A DNA stretch of 64,000 nucleotides from Phoronis australis (Eukaryota; Animalia; Phoronida). A model generated the notes under the pieces. The model had not been told where the DNA came from and made no database searches. It was given only the letters and a program-made list of their open reading frames with translations. Shown here piece after piece: positions 13,001 through 28,000 of the stretch; within the stretch, counting starts at the first letter, position 1; every line of letters begins with the position of its first letter. The stretch spans positions 242,410 through 306,409 of the forward strand of contig NMRA01000038.1 in assembly GCA_002633005.1 (NCBI GenBank), in the 5' to 3' direction. A program made the translations under genes and the position numbers.

Positions 13001-16000
13001 CTTGGACTAGAACATCATTGCATGAACCGTAATGAAATCTAGCATAGAATAATAGAATCCTTGAGGTTGCACAAATGTAAAGTAGAAAATATCAAATAAT
13101 CGAGTTCGATTTCGAGTACAAAGATTAATATCCGCGCCCAGCCTCCTAATCTTCATATTTGAAACTCGAGTTTTACGTCAACGCAATCATTTTGTCCAAT
13201 GAGAGATTAGCCTAAAGGGTTCCAGGTCATGTGAGCTCTGAAAAAGTTTAAGCCCGTAAAATTGCATGCACGCTCGTAAAACAACAAGCGAACTTAAACG
13301 ACGAGCGTAAAACGAGCGTAGATAATTCGAGTGCTAAGGTTATGTAGGACCTTATCGACGAGCCTGTTCATGTATCCAACTATGTACAAATCTCCAGAAT
13401 TTAACTCAGTGAGAGTATATATTTTTGAAAGAAGAAACTCTTTAGCATTTGATTTTCGATTTTACACTAAACTGCAACCAATGGGGTCTCCCTGAACATG
13501 TCGTTGTTGTAAAATTTGGCAAAAAAGAAAGGTGCATTCATTGCCAAACAATGATGCCAACAACGCGACCAAATTTTGTTTGATATAAGATAAAATATCA
13601 AAAATGTTTTTGCAGTTTTCTGAATTATCACTTTATTTTCGTTTTATGCAACATCATTTTTGTATAGTAATCACGAAAATCCTATTTTTTGATAATCAAC
13701 CTCTCGTGCAAAACTGGAACATTATAAAAACAATTCCTCACGTTGTTTTGGAGTACAGTACATAAAGCGTGGTATCTAAAAGTTTCATATGAATAAAACC
13801 AGCCATTTCTGAGATATGATGTTCCGAGGTTACCAAATCTGGCTATTTTTCTTCGTCCTACATAGTCTCATTATGCACGATCATAATTTAGGCTCGTATT
13901 TTACGCTCGTAAAAAGTGTCTCGACGCCCGCAATTTACGAGCGTAAATCACGAGAGGCACTTTCCGCTCGTCGGCCAACGAAAGATAACACCACTTCCCC
14001 CGGAATTCCACAGCGCCATCTCTGATTCTGCGGTCGGTATTTACCCACAATGCGGCCAATGCACGCTGCTAAGCACTGTTCAGATTAGCCTGTCATTTGT
14101 CATTCTGTCACCATTGTTGCAAAGTGTGTGAGTTGCAATGTAAGTATAATGGAATGAAAATTTGAGGGAAGCTTGATAAATCATTCTCCAGTTTTCCGAC
14201 AGGGGCCAAAAGTGCTTTAGCGGCCCTATCCTCTTGAAAACTTGGCCAATCACACAATATGTTTTTCTACCGCCGTAAAAGAGGAGAATTGATTCCTTGA
14301 TCACTTGATTGGTAACAAATGATCCTGTTGATAGTGCCACCTGGAGGAAAAGCCTGGCTGATAACTTCAGCTCTATCCCTAAGCTATCCATAGCTAAGAA
14401 ACGGGTATCTTGGTTGCATAACGGGTTCCCTTAGGATATGTGTTTTAAAAGTTGTTGTGTTTGAATTTATAATCGCCGTTTACCCTTTTAAAAAAGCAAG
14501 TTTGAATTAGTGTAAGATTCTATTCGCTTTACCCTTTTTTGACCACCGATGAATGGCAAGAATGCTAGAACGCGTGGAATTCTTAACAAAAATTACGCAT
14601 GTCATAATGTAGGTAACCGCATTCATTTCATTCCAGATTTCTTTAAAGAGCAATTTTCAAATCCTTGGTGATAACAGACTACGTATTGCGTTTTTTTTTG
14701 CATAAAACTAGTGGAAATATGTCTACCGTCACGTTATCGTTTTTTTATAAATTCGTGATATTTAAATGTGTGATTACCACAAACGAGAGAATTTTTCACG
14801 AGTCGCGTTTCTAGCATCATCAGCAAACACTCATTTGGTAGAGTGAACTTCATCTATGTAAACCTGAACAATTTCTTTTCCAGCATGTGCCTTAGCCGAC
14901 AAGGGTGTCGTTACTATTCTGGGTCCGCCGTCCAACACCTTAGGTCCACATATCGATTCCATGTGCTATGCTCTTCAAATTCCTCATCTGGACGCTAGGC
15001 TGGACACAGCTGTGAAAGACTCTTTAACCCCGCGTTTCTCCATCAATCTATTCCCCGACTCCACGTTACTCAACAAAGCTTTCCTTGATCTCATAAACTA
15101 CCAAGAATTTGAGACGGTTTTGCTAATATTTGGAGATGGTCACGGTAAGTGTCCCATGGATTTGGACTCAGTAATGTAGTTACTCTACGGAAAAATAGCT
15201 GAGGTTGGCGAAAGTGTAAATGATGCAAATACAGTTGGGAACTACAGTGCAGACCAACTGTAACACGACTGTGCATTTTTGTAGAAACAACTGGTTTATT
15301 AAAAATTAGGCGGAACTACAGCGGAAACGTAACTTCATTGAGGGGACGAGTAACGAGAAGTAAATCGCAAGAAAGAATCACAAAGTACTAACATGAGAAC
15401 TTCGTAACAAACGCAACCTCTTTTTCTATTACTTTTCAAAATCAAATCAGCCTCTCCCACGGGTTCTTAGGCCATGGGTCGTAGTTTCACTCCGGTCATC
15501 CTGTGATCATGTCTGTGGGGAAATTATTATTTTCTATGTAGCTAAATGTATCCCCAAGTATTTGATATTCGAAAACTCTTCAGATTTTTGTGCTCTTTTA
15601 ATGTAAGATTACTTAGCAATAGATGGCGCTGCATGCTTCCTCGGTAGCCAATCACAAACTCAGAAATTGAAAAGGTTCAAAAGGTCATATTCATTAACAT
15701 AATAAGTGATGATAGAATGAAACTTCTGCAGGGGAAACCTTCAGTTTTCCAGTTCTATTGATGTCCTTTACAAACGATGCAAGCATCTGCGAATATTTTT
15801 AAAACTTCATCTAGGTGTGGTACTTACAGTTGCTTTTAGTCACTTAGCTTGCATCAAACGTTATGCTCCTCAACCAATGGTAGTTACTAATTTGACTTGA
15901 AGACATATCACACTGTTATTTTTAATTCTGCATGCTTTTAGTTTCTTCACGATAATAAAATATGTCCTCGAAATGTCATTACAATCACCCATGATAGCAA

Positions 16001-19000
16001 GTAGCAGCATATGTTGATAAAAATAACGATGGTTTAAATCGGCTTGACAAGTTTCGGTGTTTATTAAAACGCCATCTTCAGAAGAAAAAACAGTTACAAG
16101 AGAGCTGAAGATTTGTGAGGCTCAGTTGATCAATTGGTGCAGGCCCCAGTCTCAATAGACAACTGTCACACCACACGTTGTCATGGTTAGTCTAGTCTAC
16201 TGTTATACTCCCCTGTAACTAACTATTTCGGGAAAAACAACAATAATAATAAAATCTCGCTTGAGCAAAAGTGCAAAGTCGATGACAATATACACATAAC
16301 TGCCAGTTACTAAGGCAATTTCTGTAAATTATTTCAAGATTTAGATGCACTCATAATTGCTCAGCTAAACATTTCTGAGCGATTGTGAGGTGGGCGCGTA
16401 AGATCAAATTCCTGTCTCAAGTCTTAAGTTGCTTTCAAGAAACAAACGCGGGGTCTTTTCAATTTTATAAAAATGGAATGGTTTGCGATATCAAAAACAG
16501 CCCCCAAAGCGGTCAAAGAAGTGGTTTTAGGTGTCTATTTCTTTTATGGCTTACGGCGCCACAGACTGTTCTATTGCAGGCCTTGATGATTTGGCTTCTT
16601 CAAGTTTGTGAATAAACAAAGGAAAAACCAACACATTATAGGTGATTTTTTCAGGTCTTTTCAAACTCCGTGGGTTAATCGAACAAATTAACCCGCAATT
16701 CGAACTGATCATCCGGGAAGTTAACATGCTCAATATAAGGGTCGTTCTCAAAGAATCTCAACGAAGGCGGTGGAATAACATTGTTGTAGATCTGCCTATT
16801 GAAGAAACACAGACGCTTCTAAAAGTCGTAAGTAAGCCGCCGGATAAATCTAATTAATAGGATTTTATGGAATATTGGTTATCCAGAGATGCACGATGGT
16901 TCGTGCCCTATTTATCAATTTAAGTGTCTTAAAGAAGTCGCTCGCTAATTTGGCTTGAAATGAAAGGTGTCTCGAAAATGTACTCACATTTCAGTACAAT
17001 TTCGGCAGTTCAGTCAAGTTCAGTTCTACAGTATGGTTACCCCTTGCTGTGAGAGTAGGCTGGTGAGTTATCTCGCTTTATGTGCACGGGAATGAAAAAC
17101 AAACGACTCAATTTTGAAGAACAAAATTTTATCTCGCATTGCTACTGTAAACTCAAAAACGTCAAAGAGGAACAAAAAAAATTAATTGTTAGTAAAAGTT
17201 AATCAACAATTCATTTATATTGATTGAAAATTTCACCATTAATCTTGTTTTTAAACCAATAAGCAATGCAGTTATCGCCGTTTGAAATGTTAGTACATTT
17301 TGAGACACCTTGTATTTCTTTCTGAGTGATAAAACATTTCGATGTAGTGAGATTATATATTACGACGCCAAATATATTCAGTTGCTTACCCTTGTATCAT
17401 GAAAAACTTTGTTATGTTGCTGGATCAAAATCACCTTCTTATTGGTGCCAAAATATCGCCCCGTCCACATCAGGGATTCAACTCTTCTCTCGTAAATTGT
17501 ACGCATTGTACCGTTGGCGCCTTATTCTGCTTTTGAAAATTAATTTTTAATGTCTGCATTGTAACTTACTTCGAAACAATAAACTTTAATTTACATCAAA
17601 ATGACATAGGGCAACCTAAACTTAATGCAAAGCAGTGATTACCACGTAATAGGTGTACAATTGCGAGTCAAGTGTCCAACGTACGCGTAGCATTGCGTGC
17701 CGCACTTAGCCGGTTTCGAAGGGTTAGCCGCGTAAGACATCTGATGGATTCTTGGCGATAACTTCTGGCTTACAAATAAATCAGATGTCTAAGTCGGTTG
17801 ACTCAGCCAAACCGACAAAGTCAATTAAGTGCAGTCATTGTGTACATACACCTCACAGAGAGGTGGTGTGGTATTTCGGATAGTGCGTATTAATTCGTGA
17901 CATCATCTTATTCTTGTCTCATCTTTCGAAATAGGCGCTACAGGAGGGTATGGTCGATCGGCATCACAAATTCATCTTGGCAAATTTGGTAAGCATTGCC
18001 TGCAAGGGAGTGGTTCGCTCATAATTCGTCATACTCGTGTTTCATGCAAGTCCCTTAAATACGACTAGTGATCACTCGTTATAAGCCGATGGTGGTTAAC
18101 GAATTTAGAAAACTTCACGATATTTCTTGCAATCTAAAGGGAATTTAAATGGTGGTGCTGCGACATATATTGTCGCACTCGACACACATTATTGCCTAGG
18201 CGACAACATGTGTCGAGTATGACAATATGTCTCCACCTTCACATATCAGCAGCGACAATAGTTAATGCAATATGAAATTGCAGTTGTGTTTATCAATATG
18301 CATATAGAATAACCTCTTTCATTAATCCGCAGGATGGCGCAACACTTGACCTGGAAGATTACAAGCACAACTCCGCCTACATTATGTCACTCAGCCTCCC
18401 GGCGACTAGTAGTCCTATGGGAATGCAAATCATGGGCCGTATGAAGGAGTACGAGCAAGCGATGGGTGTATCAATGCTAACAAAAAACGATCGAATTAGG
18501 GTGTGTATATTATTGCCCGTGAGGCAGCTACGGGCAAACAGTACCCTGATAGGGAACGGCAACCCCGGGAAGGGCGCCACAAAACAACTGGTAGCGAACG
18601 TGGGCTTGTGCCAAGCATGACATGGAATAGTTGAATTTATGGTGGACCTTGGGATCTACCTTCCAACGGAAACGACCAAATTGAAAGAAAGCCATCGCCA
18701 CGCCGATTTTAGGGCCTGTGCGTGCACTTTTTTGAAAACTTTGGTTGCCCCNTTTTTGAACACTTTGGTTGCCCCCTTCCTCCACCCGCTTACAAAATCC
18801 AATATCCGTTATAGTGACATTGCATCAGTGGCGACCGGAGGTGGGGGACCATCATTATCTTTCTCCTCGGGTGGCGATAACCCTAGCTACGCCACTGCTT
18901 ATCGCAAAGTGACATGTGATGCAGAGCTTCTTCGATTCAACCATTCTTGTGCAGAGTACTGTAGTTCAATTTGTTATTGGTGTAAAACTGTAATGGAAAT

Positions 19001-22000
19001 TAATCGCTTCATTATGTCCATTTTTCTTAAGGTTTTCTTTACATTAATAATTGTCGAGGGTTGTGGTGCAGCAGAAATGATACAGCAATACGCTTACATT
19101 TCATATGAAGGAAACACGTTGTTAGAGATTTGGTTATCATACGCTTTTCCTCTGCCCTGTTCTTGCGAAATTGCGCGCTTTTATGTCGTCATCATATTTA
19201 TATTGTTAATGACAACTACATTTGCGTTACAAAATGTAGAGGTTCTTTCAAGATGCTATTGAATTTCAGTTATGCTAAAACATCGCCGAATTACTTGCTG
19301 GTTGATATTGTTGCCATTGACGTGAACTCTATGCAAGGGTTGGACGGATAGAAAGCTCCTTTAAAATGGAAAGGTTCAATTAAATAATATTTTTCTGAGT
19401 TAGCTATTTCTCATCATTTTTCTCCATGTCTGATATCCTTCTTCAGATTGAGGCAGCTTTGATTCATGACGCCGTGTATGCGTTCGCTTATGCGTATCAA
19501 GGTATGACGAACAACAGCGCCCCAATTGACCACATGGAAACAAACCTCGTTTGCGATATAAAGGAAAGCGCCATAACTCCGTGGGACAGAGGGGATTCGT
19601 TGTATAATTACATGAACATGGTCAGTACAGCAGGAGAAACATTGAAACAAGATTCTAAATTAAAAACTCGCTCCTAGCAACAAAAAGTTTTGCTGACGTT
19701 TTACATAGATAGACAATAACGACTTGTTCCAATGGGAAACAATTAGAATTCTATGGCGGAATCTCATGATATGATTGGTCTCAAAATGTTTTGCGTTTTA
19801 ATGGATATTTTATGCATAAGTTAGACGCATCGTTTGATTTATCCAAAATAATGGCAGTACCGTAATGTTAAAATGAATTGGCGATATTCAGTGTAGCTCT
19901 GTGATGCATAGTTTAAGTAACCTTGACCTTGGTCCGATAAAAAAGACGTAAGAATGTAATGAGCAATATGTTTATTTGAAAACCTGACGTGTTGTGATAG
20001 TGTCTGACATATTTTTGGTCAACATTTAGAATAAAATGGAAGGTCTCACTGGAAAAGTTCGCTTTACTGAAGGGAGACGAACTCAGTTTGAGTTAGAAGT
20101 TTTGCAACTCACGGAGAGCGAAGATATGACGTTCGTAAGTAGGCGTGTTAGTTCGTTTACATAACTCATGACACACAGAAAATATAATAGGAAATACTAT
20201 AGTCTCGTCCAACCTTTAATATTCATCGATGGCTGTCAACCTGGCATCAACTCATGTCTGTTAAAAGAAATACTTGTTGAAGACTGGCGGCACCAATCAT
20301 TTTTCTTAACGTCTAATTTGGAAAAGTCACAAAATTGTCGGAGTGGTGTCTACCGTTCACCAAAAGTGCTCTGTCTGCGTCAAAAGTGTGAGCTAATACA
20401 AGATGCTTTATCTTACTCATATCGAGCACTACGTGCCGAGTAGTTCATAGTTTACTCAGTTTGGTCACTAGAGGGCGCAATCATTAATACAGGTGACAGT
20501 TTCAGTGTTCCTACAAGAGAAATGTGTAATGGCCACTTCAGTTGGCGGCGACACGCGAGTTGCGCTGAATAATCGCCCATTTCTCTAACCTTTGGAAGTT
20601 CAGTAACAAAGTTGGTTTTCTGACTAATTTCTCTATTCTCAACATCTCTATCAATAATATTTTCAAGCATGAACTGTGAGTGCCCTGCATGTTTATCCGA
20701 CGCGACAGAAGCCTCGTCTGATTGAGATGTGGCCTAATAATCCGTTTTTACCTTTTCTGCCCAACGTGATGAGTAATATCCATAAGAGAACAAGTGAAGT
20801 GTTATCTTATGGGTATAAACAAGTGTAACCCTTTGTTCCTTTGTCTGCGTAGATTGGAAACTGGAATTCTTCAGCACCAGAAGAGAAAAGTGGTCTTAAC
20901 ATCACGGCACCTATTGAATTTCTGGCGGAAGTAGGGGATTTTAGAAACAAAACCTTGATCGTAACATCCGTGCTGGTAAGTTGGCCTATTACCAGGATAT
21001 CCTCCCAAAATCTTGTGGTAGCGTTTATGGTCAACACAATTTTAGAATGCTCAGCATTTGCTAGTCACGAACACGTGACAGGGGAACAATCATCCATCTT
21101 ACGCGTTTCAAACATTTCCATCAGTATACGCGTATTTGTTCGTTTGTAGTTGGTGCTTGTTTTGTGTTGTCTTCTATGATTTTATCTTACAGAGGCCACT
21201 CATTGTCACTATTGTTCTGGTAGGTCACGTGATCATGCCGCCATATTGGGTGAACGTTTTGAGTGCCATGCTAAAGCGCATTAAAAACAACGCATGAGCT
21301 TCGTAGCTGTGTTTGCATATTTGACATATGCCCTCTTGTCCATGTGTCTTCAAAAAGACAGAATGTATAGCAGTGCAATATAAAGTTGTTTTGTTAAAAT
21401 GAAGTTTCAAAATAGCTTTTCTATTTCCAGGCACTGTTATTTTGGACTATTGGCAGTACATATCATGATTTGTTACGTGGTATATACATAATGTAATATT
21501 GACGTTTTTTCGGACCTACCTGCTCTCAGATAGTTTTTTTAAATCATAATAGCAAAAATAATATTTCCAATGGTCACCGATGACGTTCTCTGAAGCAGAA
21601 TTCACATTCCTTCGAAACTGTTGATCAACCAGGTAAATTCTACAAATCTTCCTCAACAAGCGCAATTTTACACTGTGTAACGCCAACCTAATTGTTGAAG
21701 AATATGTTGCAAACAATAATTAGGCAAGCTTATCAATTTGGAGGGCATAGATTTTGTGAGTCATGTATTGTCACGTGACCCAGATACCTCTCTGATTGGT
21801 TGAGCCCGTATCTGCTCTTGATGCCCACCGCTCAACATGCAAAAATATACCAGCAGAAATCTATTTTCTTCAGGAGAGCTGCAGGTCCGATTTTGTTGAT
21901 CAAGAGGTTTGAAGGAATGGTTCACATTGTTGGCAGAATAGTGTTGTAGAGAATTTGTGGACAATGATAAACGGAATTAAATACCTGGTCTAACTTATTG

Positions 22001-25000
22001 TGTGGCTGCTGCATTTCAGCTAATTCCAACTAGTTATTGAAGAACGAATTTACATTGTCCTCGATTTAAAATAGCATCGCGTTAACAAATAGATTTTAGT
22101 TTCCTTTTAGTATACGTGAAAATAATGAGTGTACACGATGTAGTGGAAATAGCGTATTAGTCCAAAACTGTCGACGGTGTGAATTCTTTCATACTTAAGA
22201 ACTCGAGTCGCACTTCAGGATGCGTGATAGGTTAATTTTCAAATCGAGTCTCAAGCAACTAGCGGTGCCGGGGTCATGGGACCTGGTTCCTGTGTCTTCT
22301 TGCTGTACTTGAAAGAAATTCGACATCCAAAATTGACCAATTGCAGGATAGTTCGACTTAGTTAGTCCACCAACGCCTACCTAATGAGGCACGGTTGGTG
22401 AACCATATGGCTAACTGGCCAAACGATGGTTATCACATGGCCACAACAATTGAGTGAAAATATATACTGAATATCTCACACAGAACAAACTCAGACTTAT
22501 CTATCAATAAACTTTTAGCCTTCCAATGTTCTTTTGCACTTGCACTTAAGTTAAACCTAATCGTGCACTTTATCACCAGTGCAATTTACTTAGCCACATC
22601 TTAAAAATGTAAGTTGCCTACCATGTCCTATCTTGGAGATGCCCCCAATTGTTTTGTTCAGTTGACCTTGTACAAAATCCCCATACTCATAGCAAAACAT
22701 TGGAAAGGAGATCATGATTTTTTCTCTGTGCACTTGTATCCTAAGTATTGTTCACGTTAAGTGTTTCTTCACACATTGTTTAGTATACTTTATGGTATCA
22801 ATCAAAACGTAATTTGGTTGCGCAATACCGTCACAAGACTATCGTCTGTCCGCCTTTGACGACCAAAGGCAACGTATCGCTTACTTTCAAGTTAAAAATT
22901 TGTACTCGAATCACACGGCGTGATTGGTTGATTTTTTAGTCTGATTCGGGTATCATATTTTCCTAGCCCAAGAAAAAAACTTCAACTTCTAGTGTCGTTC
23001 TTCAATACGCATACTGCAAAGTCATCAAACTGCGCTGTACTGTTCATCACGCCAACAACTATTTGCAAACTCACCACTAAGCCACTTAATACTTCGCAGT
23101 ATGGAACATTCTAGAACCTTTTCAGGAACAGCCGTACGTCATGAGGAAAGAACTCGAGAAGGGAAAGCCTTCTCGTCCTGGTGAAGACGAGTACGAGGGG
23201 TTCTGCATCGACTTGTTGAACAAACTGGCTAAGGAAATGAATTTCAAGTACAGAATCTATTTGGCGCCTGACGGAAACTATGGGCAAAAGGTCGACGGGA
23301 AATGGGACGGCGTCATCAAGGAACTGATCGACAGAGTGAGCAAAGACAATGGGCTTGTTTCATATGCATAGTTATTAAAGATTCAGTCGGAAATTTCGCA
23401 TTAGACCCCACAAAGAAATAATTTAGTCTCAGTTCAACTAAGTAGGATGTGCTAGAGAATAAATCTAGCATCGCTAGTTCGTCCTTTAAGAATGTATTCA
23501 CTACGTTAAGTGCTAACAATTACGCTGCAAAAACTCTAATTTCTATAATAGCGATAGCGTAAGGGAACAATGGGATTGAAACCTCTAAGTCCTTTAGCAT
23601 TAAAATGTCCCTTTGAGTATATTGCAGTCTCAACTTGTTTGCAAATGAATCGGGAAATAAAGAGATTTGAAAACGTCAGAATTCATTTGTTCAATTGATA
23701 AAACATTAGTCTGACGTCAAGAGTGGAACATGGCTTCGCCATTTGTCGGATTGCTATCCAATACCTGCCGTATTCTCTGAGAACACATCTCCGGTCACAG
23801 AAACTGAAATCCATCTTTTATATCAGCGAGAATGATCACATGTTGGCTTCATCCTATCTATTTGGTTGTCATAACAATGCACCTGTAAGTCATCAATTGC
23901 ATCCAATCTATTGCGACGCCATCACGTGGCAGGAAATGATTGAAAACGACCTACATAATATCAAAATTCATGATGTATTTAGGATAAGGCCGATCTTAGA
24001 AAATGATTAGCAATTTATCAGGTCTTAGGCTTCAGGACTGAGATAACGAAACTTAATGAACGTTGATTAATGACACTTTATCTGCTCATGTGGAACTAAG
24101 GTTTCACCAAGCAGATAAAAGTTAATTATATTCAATTATGTTGCTCTTCTAGTTTTAATTCTTAAGGACACTTTCCATTTGAACGTAAAATGCATCGTTT
24201 TATACGTGCATACGAGAACGTGAAATCCCATCTGTTACCACACTTGGCATGTGGATCACGCATTACGCATTACGCATTTATGGAAACGAGGCTTAAGAAT
24301 TATCGTATGTCGAATTTTGGTGATTGCAGAAAGCAGACATGGCGCTGGGAATGCTGACTATCAACTACCAGCGAGAGCACGTTGTCGACTTTACAAAGCC
24401 CTTCATGAGTCTCGGCATCAGCATCTTGTTCAAGGTGCCCAAGCGCGAGACGCCAGGCCTCTTTTCCTTTCTCAACCCGCTCGCCCTCGACATCTGGCTG
24501 TACGTGATCGTCGCCTACGTCCTAGTCAGTCTCACCATGTTCATACTGGCGAGATTCAGCCCGTACGAGTGGTACAACCCACATCCGTGCAACGAGGAGA
24601 CTGACACGGTAGCTAATCTGTTCAACTTATCTAACAGCTTCTGGTTCTCCGTGGGTACTCTGATGCAGCAAGGTTCTGACATCAATCCACGCGCGATATC
24701 CACGCGACTGGTGGGAGGAGTGTGGTGGTTCTTCACGCTCATCATTATATCCTCCTACACAGCCAACTTAGCAGCCTTCCTTACTGTTGAGAGAATGATC
24801 AGTCCGATAGAGAACGCAGAAGATCTTGTGAATAATCCTGAGGGTATTACGTATGGAACGAGAGATAGCGGCACAACCAAGACATTCTTCAACGTAAGTC
24901 GGGATATCAACATTTTGAACATCGCTTCGCTGCCTAGTATCAAACGAAAGTGACATCTCATAATGATAGCAAGTTTCATAAAATTGCAGATTTAATAAAT

Positions 25001-28000
25001 CATAAGATGTTGGAGTGAATTCGATCCAAGCAGTAGATGAAATGTGGAAGCCATGACTTCTTAGCTGTTAGGTTTTTTGTTCGAGACCCAGTATGTGGCG
25101 CCGCCATTGTTGCATCGTGTAGCAAACGTGTGTTCCGTAACCGAAAGACACTCACGAGGCACTTGTTGCGAGAACTATTCACTTATGGCATTTTTCACCT
25201 TGGTCAACATTCCAGCCTTGCCGATTATTCAGTTCAGAGGCGGCCATATTGCAAGTTTAGTCAAGTAAGGTCCCTAGTCTTCTCGCCAGACTCTCATTTC
25301 CCTCGGGTGATTTTGCGTAGCCTTGCGTGATCTCGCTTTTCATACATGTTCCGCTGTGGAACCCAATAACAACCGCATCACATTGAATGCAGCAAACCAA
25401 GTTATTACAACGGGACGCCTTTGTGTCGTGAATACTTATTATTTTACTTTCACGGCCGGGACTCGAGTTCAGTATTCTTTCGAATCCGTGATAACTGGCT
25501 GTCCATTTCAGAGCTGCGTCAGCTGTTGGCTGTATTAAAGCCCCATGCAGCGCCATATTTGAAAATAGTTATTTTGGTTCATGTTTGGAGTAAAACCTCT
25601 TGTTTTGTTTTGTTTTGTTTTCTTTTCTTTTTTTTTCTTTAGTTCGGCGAGTACGACCTTATCAACCTAATTAGTGTTCCGCGGTCTGTAAAGGCGAAGG
25701 CAACCTTTTTCCTAAAATAAGGTTTGTTTTTTATCCTAGACATATTTTCCACTTAATTACAGCTTTTTGTAATTTTATAAATTACTCGTCCGCTACTCCG
25801 GAAGTGACGTTTTAGGAGGCAAGCATTTCGCGCCAATTTCTTTTCATATCTGACTGTGAGAGCTGCCGAGTCAGTCATTGTTCTACCTCGGTTGTGTTAA
25901 GTTCCGCCGTCGTTTGCTTTCATTTACTAGTGAGTCAACATGCCACACTGTTGCTGCGTACCAGGATGTACTAATTATCGGCTCACGCGCGCTTTGGGAG
26001 TACCTTTGCATCGCTTTCCTATGGATGACACACTTCGCCGTACTTGGCTCGTTCGTGTGAAGAACGTAGCGTTACCCGTCCACGCAACGTACAAGGCAGT
26101 GGACAATTACCGTGTGTGTGGCAAGCACTTTCTGCCGTCCGATTACGAAAGGGATTTGTACGCTGAACTGATTGAGGTCTCTGCGAAACAACGTCTGAAG
26201 AAGGATGCAATTCCGTCTGTGTTGATTCCCGGCAGTGCCCCGTCGCCACCCCCGAGAAGTGCGTTTTTGAAGCGAGAAGCCTCGCGAGCTGTGACCAGTA
26301 CAGTGACTGGAGCCAGTGGAGGCACTTCATCTACTGTCACCCGTGCCTCCGAACGTACCCCAGAGCGTGAAATTCCTGGAACCAGTAGTGATTCGCCCTG
26401 TGCTGTTTTCTCCAGCCCAGAGCCTCTAAGCAGCCCTGCAGCGATATTGAGTAGTGGGAGTGATTACAGGCNTCACAAGACCCTTCTGTCTTCGTCAAAA
26501 CCTACGATGATGGAGTGGAGCGAGTCAAGAATGAAAAATACGCTTTGTTGATGGAGTCGACGACCTTAGATTACAGAGTGCAGAGAGACTGTGAACTGAT
26601 GCAAGTTGGAGGACTGCTGAGCTCTAGCGGTTATGGGATCGCGACACCAATTGGTAATTTTGTGCATGTGTCAAAATGAATGACATCTTTGTCTACACCC
26701 GATCTCCTGTTAGAAAACAGTGCTTTAGACATACATGCTTTGTTTGCAGTGATGACGCTTGTGTTTCATTAAAAACCCATAGACAAAATGACTACTGTGG
26801 TTTGCCGCGAATGTTAATGCAATTCAAAAAGGTAATTTTAAGCATGTAAACTGATTGTTATGAGGACAGTGTCTAATATCAGAACTCAGACTCAGACTCT
26901 CGAAACTTTTTGAGTCGATTTCCAAATACAGAGATTTGATGCCGGGCCCTGACATTGCTTGTTTAAGCTCACTTGTCCTAAAATCATGGAAGTGTGTGCT
27001 TTAGATGTAGGTTCCTTTGTGTTGCGAATATGGTTCAGCACAGCGATCATGTGGAGCAGTCATCAGCTAATTTGTTGCAAATGTCGGAGTTAACTATGAA
27101 CTAGTATCCAGTTGTTCTCATGTACAGGAACTGCAAAACGAGAGACTTTAAAAACACCGTCTGGATATATTCTGGTTTTTGAGATCGCATTTATTTATTT
27201 TCAAGGACGACAGTTAAATCATAAAACTGTGAGCAATATTTATTGAGCATAAAAGTATGAGATACGTCATCTCAAGCAAAATAAGCTTATTTTCCAGATG
27301 GTCCTGACAAAATTGCATACAGCAAAAATAGTAATGAACAATGAAATAAACAATGAAAGGGACGTGAAGATACAATGGCAATCAATTGCAGTTCATTTGA
27401 TAATACCAAAGTAGGAAATTGCGCGTATTTCAACAGGCACATCTAGACACAATGAACCAGTATTTCTTTTTTAAGGCCTAGTTTTCTCTAGTCACACGTT
27501 TATTGTTTTACGAACAGGATCTCCATATAGAGACTCGCTGTCAATGAACATTTTGGATCTTCAAGAGAGAGGTGAAATTCAGGAACTGTATCTAAAATGG
27601 TGGAAGAACACTGGACAGACTTGTAATCGGGAAGAAGAGAAGAACTCGAAAGCTAATGAACTGCGCATGGAGAATGTCGGGGGCATATTTGTGGTTCTGT
27701 TGGGTGGACTGGCTTTAGCAGTCGTGGTGGCGATTGTGGAGTTTATATGGAACTCGAAGAGAAACGCTCGAGCAGACAAGGTATGTTTTGCTCGTTGTTC
27801 AAAAACTTGTACATGTACAAGGAATGTTCTGCTGGTTGTTCAGAGAATTGTACATGTACATTCGAAACTGTACAAGTCATTACGATGTTGTGTTAGAGGT
27901 TAACTCGTAACAGTAAACTGAAAGGGTCTTCCCAGATTTCAACCTATGGGAATGACTGAATGTTATGACTTCAGTTTCATTACTTTAACGAATGGGAAGC

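Noticed and set aside
18639-19262. 207-aa ORF
   Set aside because: Crosses an N, overlaps MITE-like sequence, has no recognisable domain, and is intronic to gene A.
25940-26551. 203-aa ORF suggesting a THAP-glutamate receptor fusion
   Set aside because: The ORF crosses an assembly N, and the part after the N is the receptor S2 exon read in another frame; a junction artefact.
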